DNA of 37,704 nt from Bacteroidota bacterium (lineage in GTDB: Bacteria; Bacteroidota; Ignavibacteria; UBA10030). The stretch is from the NCBI GenBank assembly GCA_041480785.1, contig JBGPAN010000001.1, positions 1 to 37,704 of the forward strand, given 5' to 3'. A program made the translations under genes and the position numbers. Positions 1 through 9,800 of the stretch are shown here, in pieces; the stretch's first letter is position 1; each line of letters opens with the position of its first letter. The notes below the pieces were generated by a model that was given only the letters and a program-made list of their open reading frames with translations, was not told the origin of the DNA and did not search any database.

Positions 1-515
1 CGAAAGACTGTCCCCATGGAATTTCTCACCGCACGACGCAGATAGGGGCTGCTCGACGTTTCACCGACGAGGAGAGCGTCTACCTCAAATGCGGCACAAT
101 TTCTGACGAGTATGCCGAGATTTTCTGCGTTCGTTAATCCCTCAACCCCAACAAGCAGTTGGGGATGGTGGCTTCGCTCTAAGGCTTCAGCAAGAGAAGG
201 GGGTTTCGGAATGTGGGCAACGGCCATGATCCCCTGGTGCAGGTGGAATCCGACGATGGATTCGACGATTGGTTTTGGAGCGACAAAGATCTGTACGTTC
301 CCCGCTCTGTTCTCAAGCGTAGGCCGATAGACCTCGAGCCATTCCGGCGTGAGGAGGAGCGTGACGACATCAAGTGTACTCTCGAGAAGTCGTCGGACCA
401 CCTTTTCTCCTTCCGCCACAAAGATCCCCTCACGCTGGTGTTCCAACGGACGGCGAAGCGTCCGGTACGGCTGAAGAAACGGATCTTCAAGTGTTTCAAC
501 AGGGCGAATGGTCAT
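1..515 (-). CDS. TrmH/SpoU-family RNA methyltransferase, N-terminal part (3' end runs off the window)
   Basis: Absent from the ORF track because it is open at the window edge. Hand translation of the minus strand starts at the ATG complementary to 513-515. It reads MTIRPVETLEDPFLQPYRTLRRPLEHQREGIFVAEGEKVVRRLLES...LVGVEGLTNAENLGILVRNCAAFEVDALLVGETSSSPYLRRAVRNSMGTVF. I checked every codon and found no in-frame stop down to nt 3. The NxxNLGxxxRxxxAFxV and RxSMG blocks are SpoU-methylase motifs. Confidence 0.8.
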   Translation of the reverse strand, partial: MTIRPVETLEDPFLQPYRTLRRPLEHQREGIFVAEGEKVVRRLLESTLDVVTLLLTPEWLEVYRPTLENRAGNVQIFVAPKPIVESIVGFHLHQGIMAVAHIPKPPSLAEALERSHHPQLLVGVEGLTNAENLGILVRNCAAFEVDALLVGETSSSPYLRRAVRNSMGTVF

Positions 516-667
516 CTGATAATCCCTCGACGTCTCTGTGGTTGAAGAGAATGATACAAGGAGAGTGAATAGGAATCAATTGTTGAATTGTCCGCCCTCT
601 TATTTAGGGGTTTCGATTTCGTCCTGCATGCCGGTTTTGCCCCACTTTGTCCTCGTTCTGGTCAGTG

Positions 668-696
668 TTGACATTCGCCAGAAAAGACAGTACCAT
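668..696 (+). promoter_or_regulatory. Possible sigma70-type promoter for the STAS gene (TTGACA-17 nt-TACCAT)
   Basis: TTGACA at 668-673, a 17-nt spacer, then TACCAT at 691-696, about 85 nt upstream of ATG 781 in the divergent spacer. Promoter consensus in this phylum may differ from sigma70. Confidence 0.3.
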
Positions 697-780
697 TTCA
701 CGCCGGAGAATCCTTGAGCGTTCGCTGTTGGCACGCCGAACGATTTCTCCGCCCACGAGAATTCTCTGAGGAGACTCTTT

Positions 781-1119
781 ATGACGATCAAAGAAAAGAT
801 GCATGGTGATGTTGCGGTTCTCACCTTCAAGGGAAATTTGATGGGAGAACCGGACACGACCGAAGTTCGGGACAAGATCTACGGCTTGCTGCAAGAGGGG
901 TTCAACAAGATTGTGCTCGACATGGGACAGGTCAAGTGGGTGAACAGCTCGGGCCTGGGCACGCTGATCGCAGCTATGACCTCCGTGAAGAACAAGGGAG
1001 GAGAGATGCGGCTTGCCCGTGTTACCGATAAGGTCGAAAGCCTCTTTGCCATCACGCAGCTTATCAAGGTATTCAAGACCTACGAGACGGTTGACCGCGC
1101 GGTCGCAAGCTTCAAGTAG
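781..1119 (+). CDS. STAS-domain protein (anti-sigma-factor antagonist, SpoIIAA/RsbV-like)
   Basis: 112 aa. The ...VAVLTFKGNLMG...LDMGQVKWVNSSGLGTLIAA...GGEMRLARVTDKVESLFAITQL... layout, including the phosphorylatable-Ser region (NSSGLG), is typical of STAS. GAGGAG lies 7 nt before the ATG. Confidence 0.85.
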   Translation: MTIKEKMHGDVAVLTFKGNLMGEPDTTEVRDKIYGLLQEGFNKIVLDMGQVKWVNSSGLGTLIAAMTSVKNKGGEMRLARVTDKVESLFAITQLIKVFKTYETVDRAVASFK

Positions 1120-1186
1120 TCACCGTTGCTGATGGCTGTCCCCCTTCACCTCAGAGTGGTAGGACCAGACTTGCAGAGTGCGCAGT

Positions 1187-1213
1187 GGCATCGCCGGTGA
1201 TCCCGGCGGTGCC
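1187..1213 (+). terminator. Possible terminator hairpin after the STAS gene
   Basis: GGCATCGCCGG-tgatc-CCGGCGGTGCC forms an 11-bp stem with one mismatch, followed by ATTTGCATTTGG. The U-tract is weak. Confidence 0.35.
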
Positions 1214-1277
1214 ATTTGCATTTGGAGGTTCCCTCGTAGTACCTACAATTCCTTGTAGTTCTGTCCGAAATTTTCTT

Positions 1278-1303
1278 AGATTCATTGAATCTCATGTTAC
1301 AAT
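1278..1303 (+). promoter_or_regulatory. Perfect 7-1-7 palindrome next to an extended -10 element (candidate operator plus promoter of the 1376 operon)
   Basis: AGATTCA-T-TGAATCT at 1278-1292. TGtTACAAT follows immediately, with TG at 1295-1296 and TACAAT at 1298-1303, about 70 nt upstream of ATG 1376. Confidence 0.3.
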
Positions 1304-1375
1304 CCAGGGCTAAACTCTTTCATGTTCGAGAACTTACATCCTTTCCTCTTCTAGCGCCAGCACTCTGACACAATC

Positions 1376-2662
1376 ATGAAGACGCCCCTTGTTCTGCGAT
1401 ATTTCCTCTGGAGCATGCTGATCTTCGCGGTTTCTATGTTTTGTCTGAGCTTCCGATTGCTCGATTCGCTGCAATACAAGGCGCTCGCTGTCGGAGCAAA
1501 CGTACGATATGGAGCCTACTGGAAAAGTATCAAACAGACCGAATTTCCGTACCGAATTCTGCCTGTGTTTGGTCCACAGATCAGCCAGGAACAGTATTTC
1601 CGAATCGTGCAAGATGTTGTTCACCGGCTCAAGATCGCTGGTGCCAAGGTTGTTATTGTTCCGATCCCCGATTTTTTCATGCCGTCCCCACAAGCCAACA
1701 AGTTCATACAAGAGATTGCAGCTGACAGCATTGTTGTGTTCGGGGCTCAAGGTGTGTTCAACTCAATTTTGCCGTGGGAGCGGGATCTTCGGATTGAAAA
1801 CAAGAACGCCTGGTGGGCGAGACATCCGTTTTTCAACCGCCTGAAAGTACCGTGGGGAGTCCTATCACCGGCGATCATAGAAGACAATCCGCTCATTCGC
1901 TTTGTTCCTGTTGGGATCCGGGAAAACGACACCGGCGAACCGGTTTCCGACGTCGCAACAATTGCGCTGAAGCGATACGTTGGCATTCCTGACGGCGAAG
2001 GGCTTCCTCTCTCGCGCTCGCGCCTCCTTGTGGGGCCATTTGGCATTCAGATCGGACAGGACGGCGTGTCGTACGTTCGTTTCGCATATAACCCGAGACG
2101 ACAATCGGAGATCTCGGCGTCATTCAATTTCGCGACAGATTCCCTGGAGTACTATCCCGGCTGGGACGAATCTCGCCATAGCACAATAGCACCCGAGCAA
2201 GCATGGCTCAATCATAAAGGGAGTATTGTGATGATTGACTGGGATGGTGCTCGGCGATACCAATACGTGTACTACGGATGGGCATATTTGCAGATCTTTG
2301 GTTCGGTGTTCAATGGATCGTTTCTCACCGTTCACAACGAGTGGAATGTGTTGCTCATCACCACCCTTGTTGTTTTACTCTCCGTTTTTAGTTATACGTT
2401 CCGCAACAGCCTGACGGTGTTTGTTTCCTTTGTGCTTGCTGTTGCAGCCGTTGTTATCAGTGGGTGGTTGTTTGTCGGTTACAATGTCTTGTTCGAACCG
2501 ATTTACATCATGGTACCCATTGTGCTGTGCGGTCTCATCCTGCCGATGGTGAAGATATCGGGAGAGAAACGCGCCGCGGAAGAAAAGATCAAAAGTCTCA
2601 AAGAGGAAAACAGGCGCCTCCTCGATCTGCAGCGCTCCGCTCCGTCACAGGTACTGCCTTAG
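1376..2662 (+). CDS. CHASE2-like membrane protein without a recognisable output domain
   Basis: 428 aa. It has an N-terminal TM helix, a ~290-aa extracytoplasmic domain and three C-terminal TM helices (WNVLLITTLVVLLSVFSY, LTVFVSFVLAVAAVVISGWLF, IYIMVPIVLCGLILPMV). The extracytoplasmic domain contains ...VVHRLKIAGAKVVIVPIPDFF...ADSIVVFGAQ.... It ends in a short coiled-coil tail (EKRAAEEKIKSLKEENRRLLDLQ). The topology matches CHASE2, but the family call is from memory. Confidence 0.55.
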   Translation: MKTPLVLRYFLWSMLIFAVSMFCLSFRLLDSLQYKALAVGANVRYGAYWKSIKQTEFPYRILPVFGPQISQEQYFRIVQDVVHRLKIAGAKVVIVPIPDFFMPSPQANKFIQEIAADSIVVFGAQGVFNSILPWERDLRIENKNAWWARHPFFNRLKVPWGVLSPAIIEDNPLIRFVPVGIRENDTGEPVSDVATIALKRYVGIPDGEGLPLSRSRLLVGPFGIQIGQDGVSYVRFAYNPRRQSEISASFNFATDSLEYYPGWDESRHSTIAPEQAWLNHKGSIVMIDWDGARRYQYVYYGWAYLQIFGSVFNGSFLTVHNEWNVLLITTLVVLLSVFSYTFRNSLTVFVSFVLAVAAVVISGWLFVGYNVLFEPIYIMVPIVLCGLILPMVKISGEKRAAEEKIKSLKEENRRLLDLQRSAPSQVLP

Positions 2663-2679
2663 CTCGACAGAAAGATGCA

Positions 2680-3678
2680 ATGATCGCTGTCTTCATCGAC
2701 TTTTCGGTTCTTGTCTTGTCTTTTCTGCTGCTCCGGCGAATCAGCCTGAAGCATGATGACACGCACTTTTCCAGCGTGGGATCCTTCTTTGTCGGCTTGC
2801 TGGCCTGGATTTTTCTCCTCTCTGTTTCGGGCTGGGGATTTCTTGCGCTCTATCTGACCTATCTTTTGTTATCTGAAAAAGTCCTCGGTGCCATTTTTGG
2901 TTTGATCTTCATTGGCATGGCCAGCGGATTCGCGTTTCAGGCGAATGAGGTTCTCGATACCTCAACCGTCATTCAGTTTGTCCGCAGAGCTCTTGTCTTC
3001 CGGCCTACAAAGCCGCATTCACTTATCTTTGAAGAGGAACTCGATAAGAAAAGGGTGCGCGATATCCACGCAGAGACCTCAAACAAGGCCTTCCCAACCA
3101 TCGGAACGCAGAAACGGCCTTTGACAAAAGAAGAGGTTCAGAGGCTTCAGCAGGAGGTGCTGTCTCCAAAAGAGCGGCCACCGCGCTCCATGCGGTTTGA
3201 AGAAGAAGTTCAATTGTTGAAGACCGGCCATATTGCCCACCTCACCGACCCATGGAGAATCAATAACTTCAGCCAATCACTGCATGATCTCTATGCTGAG
3301 ATGTATGAACTTGAAATTGATCCAAAAACGCGGACGTTTCAGTTTAGACTCAACATCCGTGATGCCACAGAGACCGCTCTTCAGGGCCCGATGTTTGTGT
3401 TTGAACTCAAACAGGATCTTTATCAACTCCTGCAGGTGTTGAACACCGATCCATGGCTCGGATGGTATTCAGGGTTCTTTGACCACATTGTCGTTGTTTG
3501 TTTCGGCAATGAATCTGATGCCTTTGGGCACATGCAAATGTATCCGATCCTGCGCATCGATATTGTGCGTTCACAACTGACGGACCGGGAGGGAAAGTTT
3601 TTCAACGCTGCCGATCTGCAAACGATTTGCGCGTTCACGTTCGCAAACGGAAAACCACTGCCGGAGGAGTTGTTGTGA
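2680..3678 (+). CDS. Hypothetical membrane protein (3 TM helices plus a ~230-aa cytoplasmic domain of unknown family)
   Basis: The track ORF 2464..3678 overlaps the previous gene. The in-frame ATG at 2680 (MIAVFIDFSVLVLSFLLL...) lies 17 nt after the upstream TAG stop. No motif recognised in the soluble part. Confidence 0.6.
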   Translation: MIAVFIDFSVLVLSFLLLRRISLKHDDTHFSSVGSFFVGLLAWIFLLSVSGWGFLALYLTYLLLSEKVLGAIFGLIFIGMASGFAFQANEVLDTSTVIQFVRRALVFRPTKPHSLIFEEELDKKRVRDIHAETSNKAFPTIGTQKRPLTKEEVQRLQQEVLSPKERPPRSMRFEEEVQLLKTGHIAHLTDPWRINNFSQSLHDLYAEMYELEIDPKTRTFQFRLNIRDATETALQGPMFVFELKQDLYQLLQVLNTDPWLGWYSGFFDHIVVVCFGNESDAFGHMQMYPILRIDIVRSQLTDREGKFFNAADLQTICAFTFANGKPLPEELL

Positions 3679-4565
3679 AACGGATTGTTGCCGCTCTTCT
3701 CCTTTTGAGTTCGCTTCCTCTTTTTCTTTTTGCTCAGGAGCCTTCAAAAAGATTCGCAGGGTATGGTGAACTTCTGATCACGCGGCTCTCTTCCGCTCCG
3801 TTTCCCCATCCGCTCAGAGCCGCGGGTCATACATACCAGAAGCAGCTCTATCCCGCTGACAAACACTACAGCGATAGCAGTGTTGCACTCTTCATCCCAC
3901 GCGGGTTCCGGCAAACCGAGGCTATTGACCTAGTTGTGCATCTCCACGGCTGGCGGAACAACATCGACTCCACCCTGAGCAAATACAAACTGCCGCAGCA
4001 GCTTTATGAGAGCGGCAAGAACGCTATCCTCGTTGTTCCCGAGGGACCACGCAACGCGCCTGATTCGTTCGCCGGGAGGCTTGAAGATGCCGGAGGGTTG
4101 ACACGTTTCATTTCTGATGTGGTGGATTTTCTCTTCAAAGAGTCAAGAATCAAAACGCGTTCCGTTGGAAAGATCATTCTCTCCGGACACAGTGGTGGCT
4201 ATGAGGGAATTGCCTTCGCACTCATGCGCGGCGGCATGCCTGAAAAAGTCCGCGAGGTATATCTGTTCGACGCACTGTACGGCGAAACCGAGAAGTTCAC
4301 ATATTGGATTGATCGATTCAATGGAAAGCTGATTAACATCTACACCGATTCTGGCGGCACAAAGTGGGAGACCGGAGCGATGATGGAGGATCTCGTTGGT
4401 TGGGGGATTCCATACCGCGCCCAGGAAGAACGTGCCGTTGTCCCCGCTGATCTCCGCGACAACCGGCTCGTGTTTATTCACACGGACCTTGAACACGATA
4501 TGGTGGTCAGCGCTCGCATGCAGTTCCGCGAGTACCTGAAGGCAAGTGGCCTTTCAGACCGATAG
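3675..4565 (+). CDS. Secreted alpha/beta-hydrolase-fold serine hydrolase (esterase-like)
   Basis: GTG at 3675 overlaps the upstream TGA (GTGA), with GGAGGAG 4-5 nt upstream. Signal peptide VKRIVAALLLLSSLPLFLFAQEP. Contains VVHLHGW... and a GHSGG nucleophile elbow (GxSxG). Confidence 0.6.
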   Translation: MKRIVAALLLLSSLPLFLFAQEPSKRFAGYGELLITRLSSAPFPHPLRAAGHTYQKQLYPADKHYSDSSVALFIPRGFRQTEAIDLVVHLHGWRNNIDSTLSKYKLPQQLYESGKNAILVVPEGPRNAPDSFAGRLEDAGGLTRFISDVVDFLFKESRIKTRSVGKIILSGHSGGYEGIAFALMRGGMPEKVREVYLFDALYGETEKFTYWIDRFNGKLINIYTDSGGTKWETGAMMEDLVGWGIPYRAQEERAVVPADLRDNRLVFIHTDLEHDMVVSARMQFREYLKASGLSDR

Positions 4566-4884
4566 AAAGAAACTGGAAGCGGCTGAAACAGAAACACCCA
4601 CCCGAAACGATTGGCGGTTCGTCATCCGGAGCATTTCAAGCCCACGTTGATCACCAACCACGTTACGTTCCCCCTTTTTTCCCGCCAACAACCGAAGCGT
4701 CATCGGGTCAGCAAAAAGTAACGACTCTCAAAATGGGGGAATGGTGTTGATAGCGCAGGTTGTTCGACTGCAACCGTGAAGGACGTTCTCCGACCGAGTT
4801 GACACTTATCTGGCAGTGTTGTACGTTGTGTGGTCGGGATTCATGGGGTTCGACAAGATTCTCTGATCCCTGGTAAGGTGTTGC

Positions 4885-5520
4885 ATGGTCTTTGTCCTCA
4901 TTGTGGTGTTTATTCTCTGTGGTTGCGCCACCGTCGAACAGGCATACGTACCGGATACACTTCCACAGTTGATCAGACAAGAGCCTCTTCCGCCGTGGCC
5001 CTTTCAGACGATGAACGAAGAGGTGTCCCTCGATATCAAGATCCGCATTGACACAGAAGGTTCTGTCAAAGCCGTCTCCTTCCTCACTCCAACCTTGAGC
5101 AAAGAATGGAACGCTCTTGCCCTCGAGAAGATACGTCAGTGGAAGTTTTCTCCAGCGATCGTTGATGGACGCCCCGTGGCTCTTTGGATACACCAGACAC
5201 TCCGTATGAGATTTGAGGAAGCGTCGTATCTCCGTCTCGCTGAAATTGTTTGCCCCGACGAACGAACGGCGGATTCAGTGCACGCGCTCCTGGATGCCGG
5301 GGCGCCGTTTGATTCACTGGCGAGGGTGTTTTCTACCTCCGGGTCGCGCACACAGGGGGGATTTCTTGGCGACGTCGATCTTCGTACACTCCCACTTTTC
5401 GTCCGGCACGAACTCCAGAAAGTCCGCACCGATCACATCACATCCCCCATTTTGCTCGGACGAAACTATGTGATTTTCAAATGTTTGGCCGCTGGTCCTC
5501 GCACACGCCCCGTGAGCTAA
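4885..5520 (+). CDS. Lipoprotein with a TonB-C-like domain fused to a parvulin (PpiC-type) PPIase-like domain
   Basis: Lipobox FILCGC. The block ...DIKIRIDTEGSVKAVSFLTP...ALALEKIRQWKFSPAIVDGRPVA... is TonB C-terminal-like. The block ...VHALLDAGAPFDSLARVFSTSGSRTQGGFLGDVDLRTLPLFVRHEL...ITSPILLGRNYVIFK is rotamase-like. Confidence 0.6.
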   Translation: MVFVLIVVFILCGCATVEQAYVPDTLPQLIRQEPLPPWPFQTMNEEVSLDIKIRIDTEGSVKAVSFLTPTLSKEWNALALEKIRQWKFSPAIVDGRPVALWIHQTLRMRFEEASYLRLAEIVCPDERTADSVHALLDAGAPFDSLARVFSTSGSRTQGGFLGDVDLRTLPLFVRHELQKVRTDHITSPILLGRNYVIFKCLAAGPRTRPVS

Positions 5521-5624
5521 ACCGGTATTTCTGTTTCCTGCGTCGATTCACACACCCAACATCCATTGAACTTTTTCGTCTTGTTTGCTGTTGAACGTTA
5601 TATCAGAGTTGCCTTCTGACATTC

Positions 5625-6095
5625 ATGGAGAACAACGATATGACTTTTCGTCCGCCGGTTCTCAATGACCTGGAGAAGAAGCCAATAGCGTACCTCCTTG
5701 TGAGAATGATCGTGGGTTGCGTGTTTCTCACCGAGGGTATCCAGAAATTTGTTTTTTCAGATTCATTGGGAGTGGGTCGTTTCGTCAAGATTGGAATACT
5801 TGCACCTGAGGTTATGGCTCCATTCGTTGGCGTTGTGGAAATTGTGTGCGGGGCACTTATTCTTGTTGGTCTTTTCACCCAACTCGCAGCCATTCCCCTA
5901 ATCATCGACATGCTTGTTGCAATCTCAACGACGAAGATCCCAATTTTGATCGAAAAGGGTTTTTGGGCAATGGCCCACGAAGCTCGAGTGGACTGGTGCA
6001 TGCTTCTCGGCTCAGTCTTTCTTCTCATTGTTGGCGGAGGCCTTTGGTCACTGGATGCGCTCAGCACCAGAGCACAACGACGCAATCTCAGCTGA
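5625..6095 (+). CDS. DoxX-family membrane protein
   Basis: Four hydrophobic helices, with ...LLVRMIVGCVFLTEGIQKF... and ...VEIVCGALILVGLFTQLAAIPLIIDML... typical of DoxX. An alternative start at ATG 5640 has GGAGAA 7 nt upstream. Confidence 0.75.
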   Translation: MENNDMTFRPPVLNDLEKKPIAYLLVRMIVGCVFLTEGIQKFVFSDSLGVGRFVKIGILAPEVMAPFVGVVEIVCGALILVGLFTQLAAIPLIIDMLVAISTTKIPILIEKGFWAMAHEARVDWCMLLGSVFLLIVGGGLWSLDALSTRAQRRNLS

Positions 6096-6130
6096 GAGCC
6101 CTGCGGAATGTGTTCAACAATCGATGCCCT

Positions 6131-6703
6131 ATGAGATTCATCGTCCCTATATTTGTCTCTCTGACTTTGCTAGCTCAAGAACCTGGAAAGGTGGTCCACA
6201 TGGAAAAAGCGACCTTCGGTGGCGGGTGTTTTTGGTGTGTTGAGGCGGTGTATGAGCGGTTACCCGGGGTTCAGTCCGTTATCTCCGGCTATGCCGGAGG
6301 CACAAAGCCAAATCCGACGTACGAAGAGGTGTGCACAGGCAAGACTGGTCACGCAGAGGTTGCACAGATCACCTACGACCCGACGAAAATCACTTACGAA
6401 CAACTGCTCGGGATGTTCTGGCAGGCTCATGATCCGACAACCCTCAATCGCCAGGGGGCTGACGTCGGCACGCAATATCGTTCAGTGATTTTCTTTGACG
6501 ACGAGAAACAGAAGGCCATGGCAGAGAAGTCGAAGCTGGAAGCCCAAAAATCGTTCGACGATCCCATTGTCACTGAAATCCAACCATTGAAAGAGTTCTA
6601 CCCGGCAGAGAATTACCATCAAGACTATTACCGCAACCACGCGAACGCTCCTTATTGTACGTTTATCATCAAACCGAAGCTGAAGAAGCTGAAACTGGAA
6701 TAG
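6131..6703 (+). CDS. msrA: Peptide-methionine (S)-S-oxide reductase MsrA, possibly exported
   Basis: GGCFWCVEAVY, GYAGG, EVCTGKTGHAEV, TQYRS and ENYHQDYY are canonical MsrA blocks. ATG 6131 gives a signal-like MRFIVPIFVSLTLLAQEP. The alternative cytoplasmic start ATG 6200 (MEKATFGGGCFWC) has AAGGTGG 5 nt upstream. The longer track ORF from 5846 overlaps DoxX. Confidence 0.9.
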   Translation: MRFIVPIFVSLTLLAQEPGKVVHMEKATFGGGCFWCVEAVYERLPGVQSVISGYAGGTKPNPTYEEVCTGKTGHAEVAQITYDPTKITYEQLLGMFWQAHDPTTLNRQGADVGTQYRSVIFFDDEKQKAMAEKSKLEAQKSFDDPIVTEIQPLKEFYPAENYHQDYYRNHANAPYCTFIIKPKLKKLKLE

Positions 6704-6800
6704 CCGCGCTGCACCCTTGGTTCTCCCCCTTTGATTGGTCGTTTTCGCTCGAACATTTGGGAATATTTCCTAAATTGTCCCCGAGTCTATTCTCTCCCTA

Positions 6801-9800
6801 ATGTCAACCATCCTCGAAAACGACCAGGATTTCGCTCTCGACCTTCCGAAGTATACGGTTGTCTCCGCTTCTGCCGGATCGGGGAAGACGACGTCGCTCA
6901 AGCAACGTTTCGTCCAGTTGCTCCTTTCAAAGTCGATTCCATGGAACGGCCTGAAGAACATTCTCGCTATTACGTTCACCAACAATGCTGCGCGGGAGAT
7001 GAAGAAGCGCGTTCTGGACGCGCTGAAGCTTATTTCCCTCGGAGAACCAGAAACGCTGAAGGAGTTTGAGCAATTCCTCTCCCTTCGCCCCGCTGAACTG
7101 ACGCTCCAGGCAACATGGATGGTCGATGAGATCCTCGACAATTATTCTGATTTTCAGATCCAAACGATTGATAGTTTCCTGTCCCGCGTGTTTAAGGCGT
7201 CGGCGCCGGAGCTGGGCCTTTCGCCAGACCTCGAGATTGTTCTGGACAGCGGGGCCATCCTCGACGACGCTTTTGCGCTCTTCGCCCGGGAATTGAGCCC
7301 TGGAACGACTTCAACGCAACTCGTCAATGATCTTGTGCCTCTTCTCCTCGAAAGTCGTGCTGCAGATGACCGCTTCCTGTGGAATCCGTACTCGGACCTC
7401 TCTGCAAAAGTGAAGGATCTCTACCGACGAGTGCTTCTGACGTCCAAACAGTTGCGGCGGGAAGACTACTCCGTCGAAATCCGGGAGCGCAGCGACCGTA
7501 TCATTCAACAAGTTCAAGCACTCAACGATCTTGTCAGCAAGCCAGGGCTTACGAGGAGCAAGCGGTTTGAGGAATATGTCAAATCCGCGAGGGGTCGCGA
7601 GATCACCAAACTTCTCGACCGGCAATTCCCTCCGCCTGTAACAAAGACGGGAAGTACGCCCGGCATCTACCAGCGCACCCTTGAAGACTCCGAACCGTTG
7701 TGCGAAGAAATCGAACAATTGCGCCTCCAGCTGATTGTGCTCAAGGCCCGCCAGCATTACCAGCCATACGCGGAGGCGCTAACACTGTTTTCGGGATCCA
7801 TCGACGCTGTCAAGCGGGAACAGGGTCGGGTTGACATTGGCGATGTTGTCAAGAAGTTGGCCGACTATCTCAGGCCGGGGAGAGTACCGGAGATATATTA
7901 CGGCTTGTCAGAGAACTTGCGCCACTTTCTCATCGACGAGTTTCAGGATACCAGCCCTATTCAATGGGAGAACCTTGAGCCCCTTATTCGCGACGCTCTG
8001 AGTAAAGAGGCCAGCCTGTTCCTTGTCGGCGACACAAAGCAGTCCATTTATGGTTTTCGCGGTGCCGACTGGAGAATCATGAAACATCTTCAGGAAGCGA
8101 ATGTGTTTCCGTCGGCTAAAAAAGATCTCCGGGTCCTGAAGACGAATTTCCGGAGCTTTGAGAGGATTCTGGACTTCGGCAACGAGGTTTTCAAAAACAT
8201 CGTTCCGACAAAGGTTATTAAGGGAGCCGAAAGCTCCAGCGGTCTCTCCACTGATGACGCGCTTCCCAAACCCGAGTTCAGGAACAGGGGATATGTCGAG
8301 TTGACCGTCATTCCGCCGGATGCGGAACCAGACAATTCCGGCCAACCCCCGCAGAAGCAGAGACTCATCCACATTGTCACGGATTGCCTCGCCCGCGGCT
8401 ACAGAAAATCCGATATTACTATTCTCTCCCCGCGGAACAAGGACATCATCGAGGTGAGCGGGTGGCTGAACGAACAGAATCTCCCCTTCATTTCCCACAG
8501 CAGTCTCGATGTGCGGACTCGGAGGATTACTGGTGAACTTCTCTCGTTGCTGCAATTTCTCGAATCGCCAATCGACGATCTCTCGTTCGCCACATTCCTG
8601 CTGGGCGGGATCGTTCGGCACATCCTCAAACAGGGCAGCACACGGGTTGGGCGAGAAGAGCTCCTCGATTTTCTTTTCAGCCATCGCCTCGATCACAGGT
8701 ATGGTCATCCTCTCTACATCGGTTTTCGCGAAGCGTTCCCGAATCTTTGGCAGCAGCACTTCGAGGAGACTTTCAATGTTGTCGGCTACCTGCCCGTCTA
8801 TGATTTGCTCTCCGAGATTTACAAAACGCTCAATCTTTTCGCGCTCTTCCCCGACGAAGAAGCAACGTTGGTAAAGATCCTTGAGGTTGTCAAAGACTTC
8901 GAGGACAAGGGCGAAAACAGTCTCAAGGGATTTCTTCAGTACGCCGAAGATTCCTCCGATGACGCTGATTGGAATATCGATATTCCGACAGACATTGATG
9001 CCATCAAGGTCATGACGGTTCACAAGGCGAAGGGCCTTGAGTCGAAGGTTGTGATCGTGCTTCTCTATGATTCCAGGCGACGCTCGGAGAGTCTGTATTT
9101 CCAGGAAGATGGTGACGAACTGCGATTGGTGCGTCTTACGAAAAAGGCCGCAGGCGAAGTCCCGGACATTGCCGAGTTGTATGAGAAGAAAGAAATTGGC
9201 GAGGCGGTCGACGAGCTCAACAAGCTCTATGTGGCTTTCACCAGGGCCGAAGAAGAAATGTTCGTCATCAGCGTGCGGTCTGATTACGCCAAGAGCCCTT
9301 CGGAGCTTTTACCCGAACATGGATACGGGGCGAAACAGAAACCGGCCGTTGAGCGCCGCACCCCAAGAAGCGAGACACCCGTGGAACTCTACCACGCTCC
9401 GCCGCACGCGCCGGCTCGCCCTCTGGAATACACAGGCATTGCGCTCCGCGAGACCCGCCGAGGGGAATTCTTCCACGCCGTGCTTCAGTCAATCGATTAT
9501 CTCGACGATGAAATCGATCAACAGCTCGACGAGGCAATTCAGCTCGCACGGGTTGTCGCTCCGTTTGATGTTTCAGCTTTTGAGTCACGCGATGTATTTC
9601 TTACTGCTCTCCGGATCCCCGCAATCGAGCAGTATTTCGTCAGGAAAGAGGGCCGGGTTGTCTTGAATGAACAGGAGTTCACCGCGCCAGACGGTTCCCT
9701 CGTGCGCATGGACCGGGTTGTTGTGGATGTCGACCTCGTGACCGTCATCGATTACAAGACCGGGGACGAAAAGCCCGGATATAACGAACAGATGACGAAG

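Noticed and set aside
112-568. Plus-strand ORFs at 112..330, 213..545 and 374..568, and minus-strand ORF 179..499.
   Set aside because: All overlap the edge-truncated minus-strand SpoU/TrmH reading frame, which has clear family motifs. None of these ORFs has any.
2464-6703. The long upstream extensions of track ORFs 2464..3678, 3627..4565, 5846..6703, 16987..18864, 12779..15562, 26409.. and 28861...
   Set aside because: The extensions overlap the preceding gene or add non-hydrophobic, low-complexity N-termini ahead of clear signal peptides or TM helices. Internal starts with SD sequences or stop-start overlaps (GTGA, TAATG) fit better.
7908-9023. Long antisense ORFs: 7908..9023(-) 371 aa, 19822..20985(-) 387 aa, 25157..26017(+) 286 aa, 30995..31807(-) 270 aa, 32228..33127(-) 299 aa, 35241..36059(-) 272 aa, and others of 100-190 aa.
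   Set aside because: Each lies entirely opposite an ORF with unmistakable family motifs (AddA, GH116, racemase and small genes, PHP, LamG, GH38). Their translations are Arg/Ser/Pro/Gly-rich with no recognisable motif, and they lack SD sequences. This is typical shadow-ORF behaviour in mid-to-high-GC DNA.
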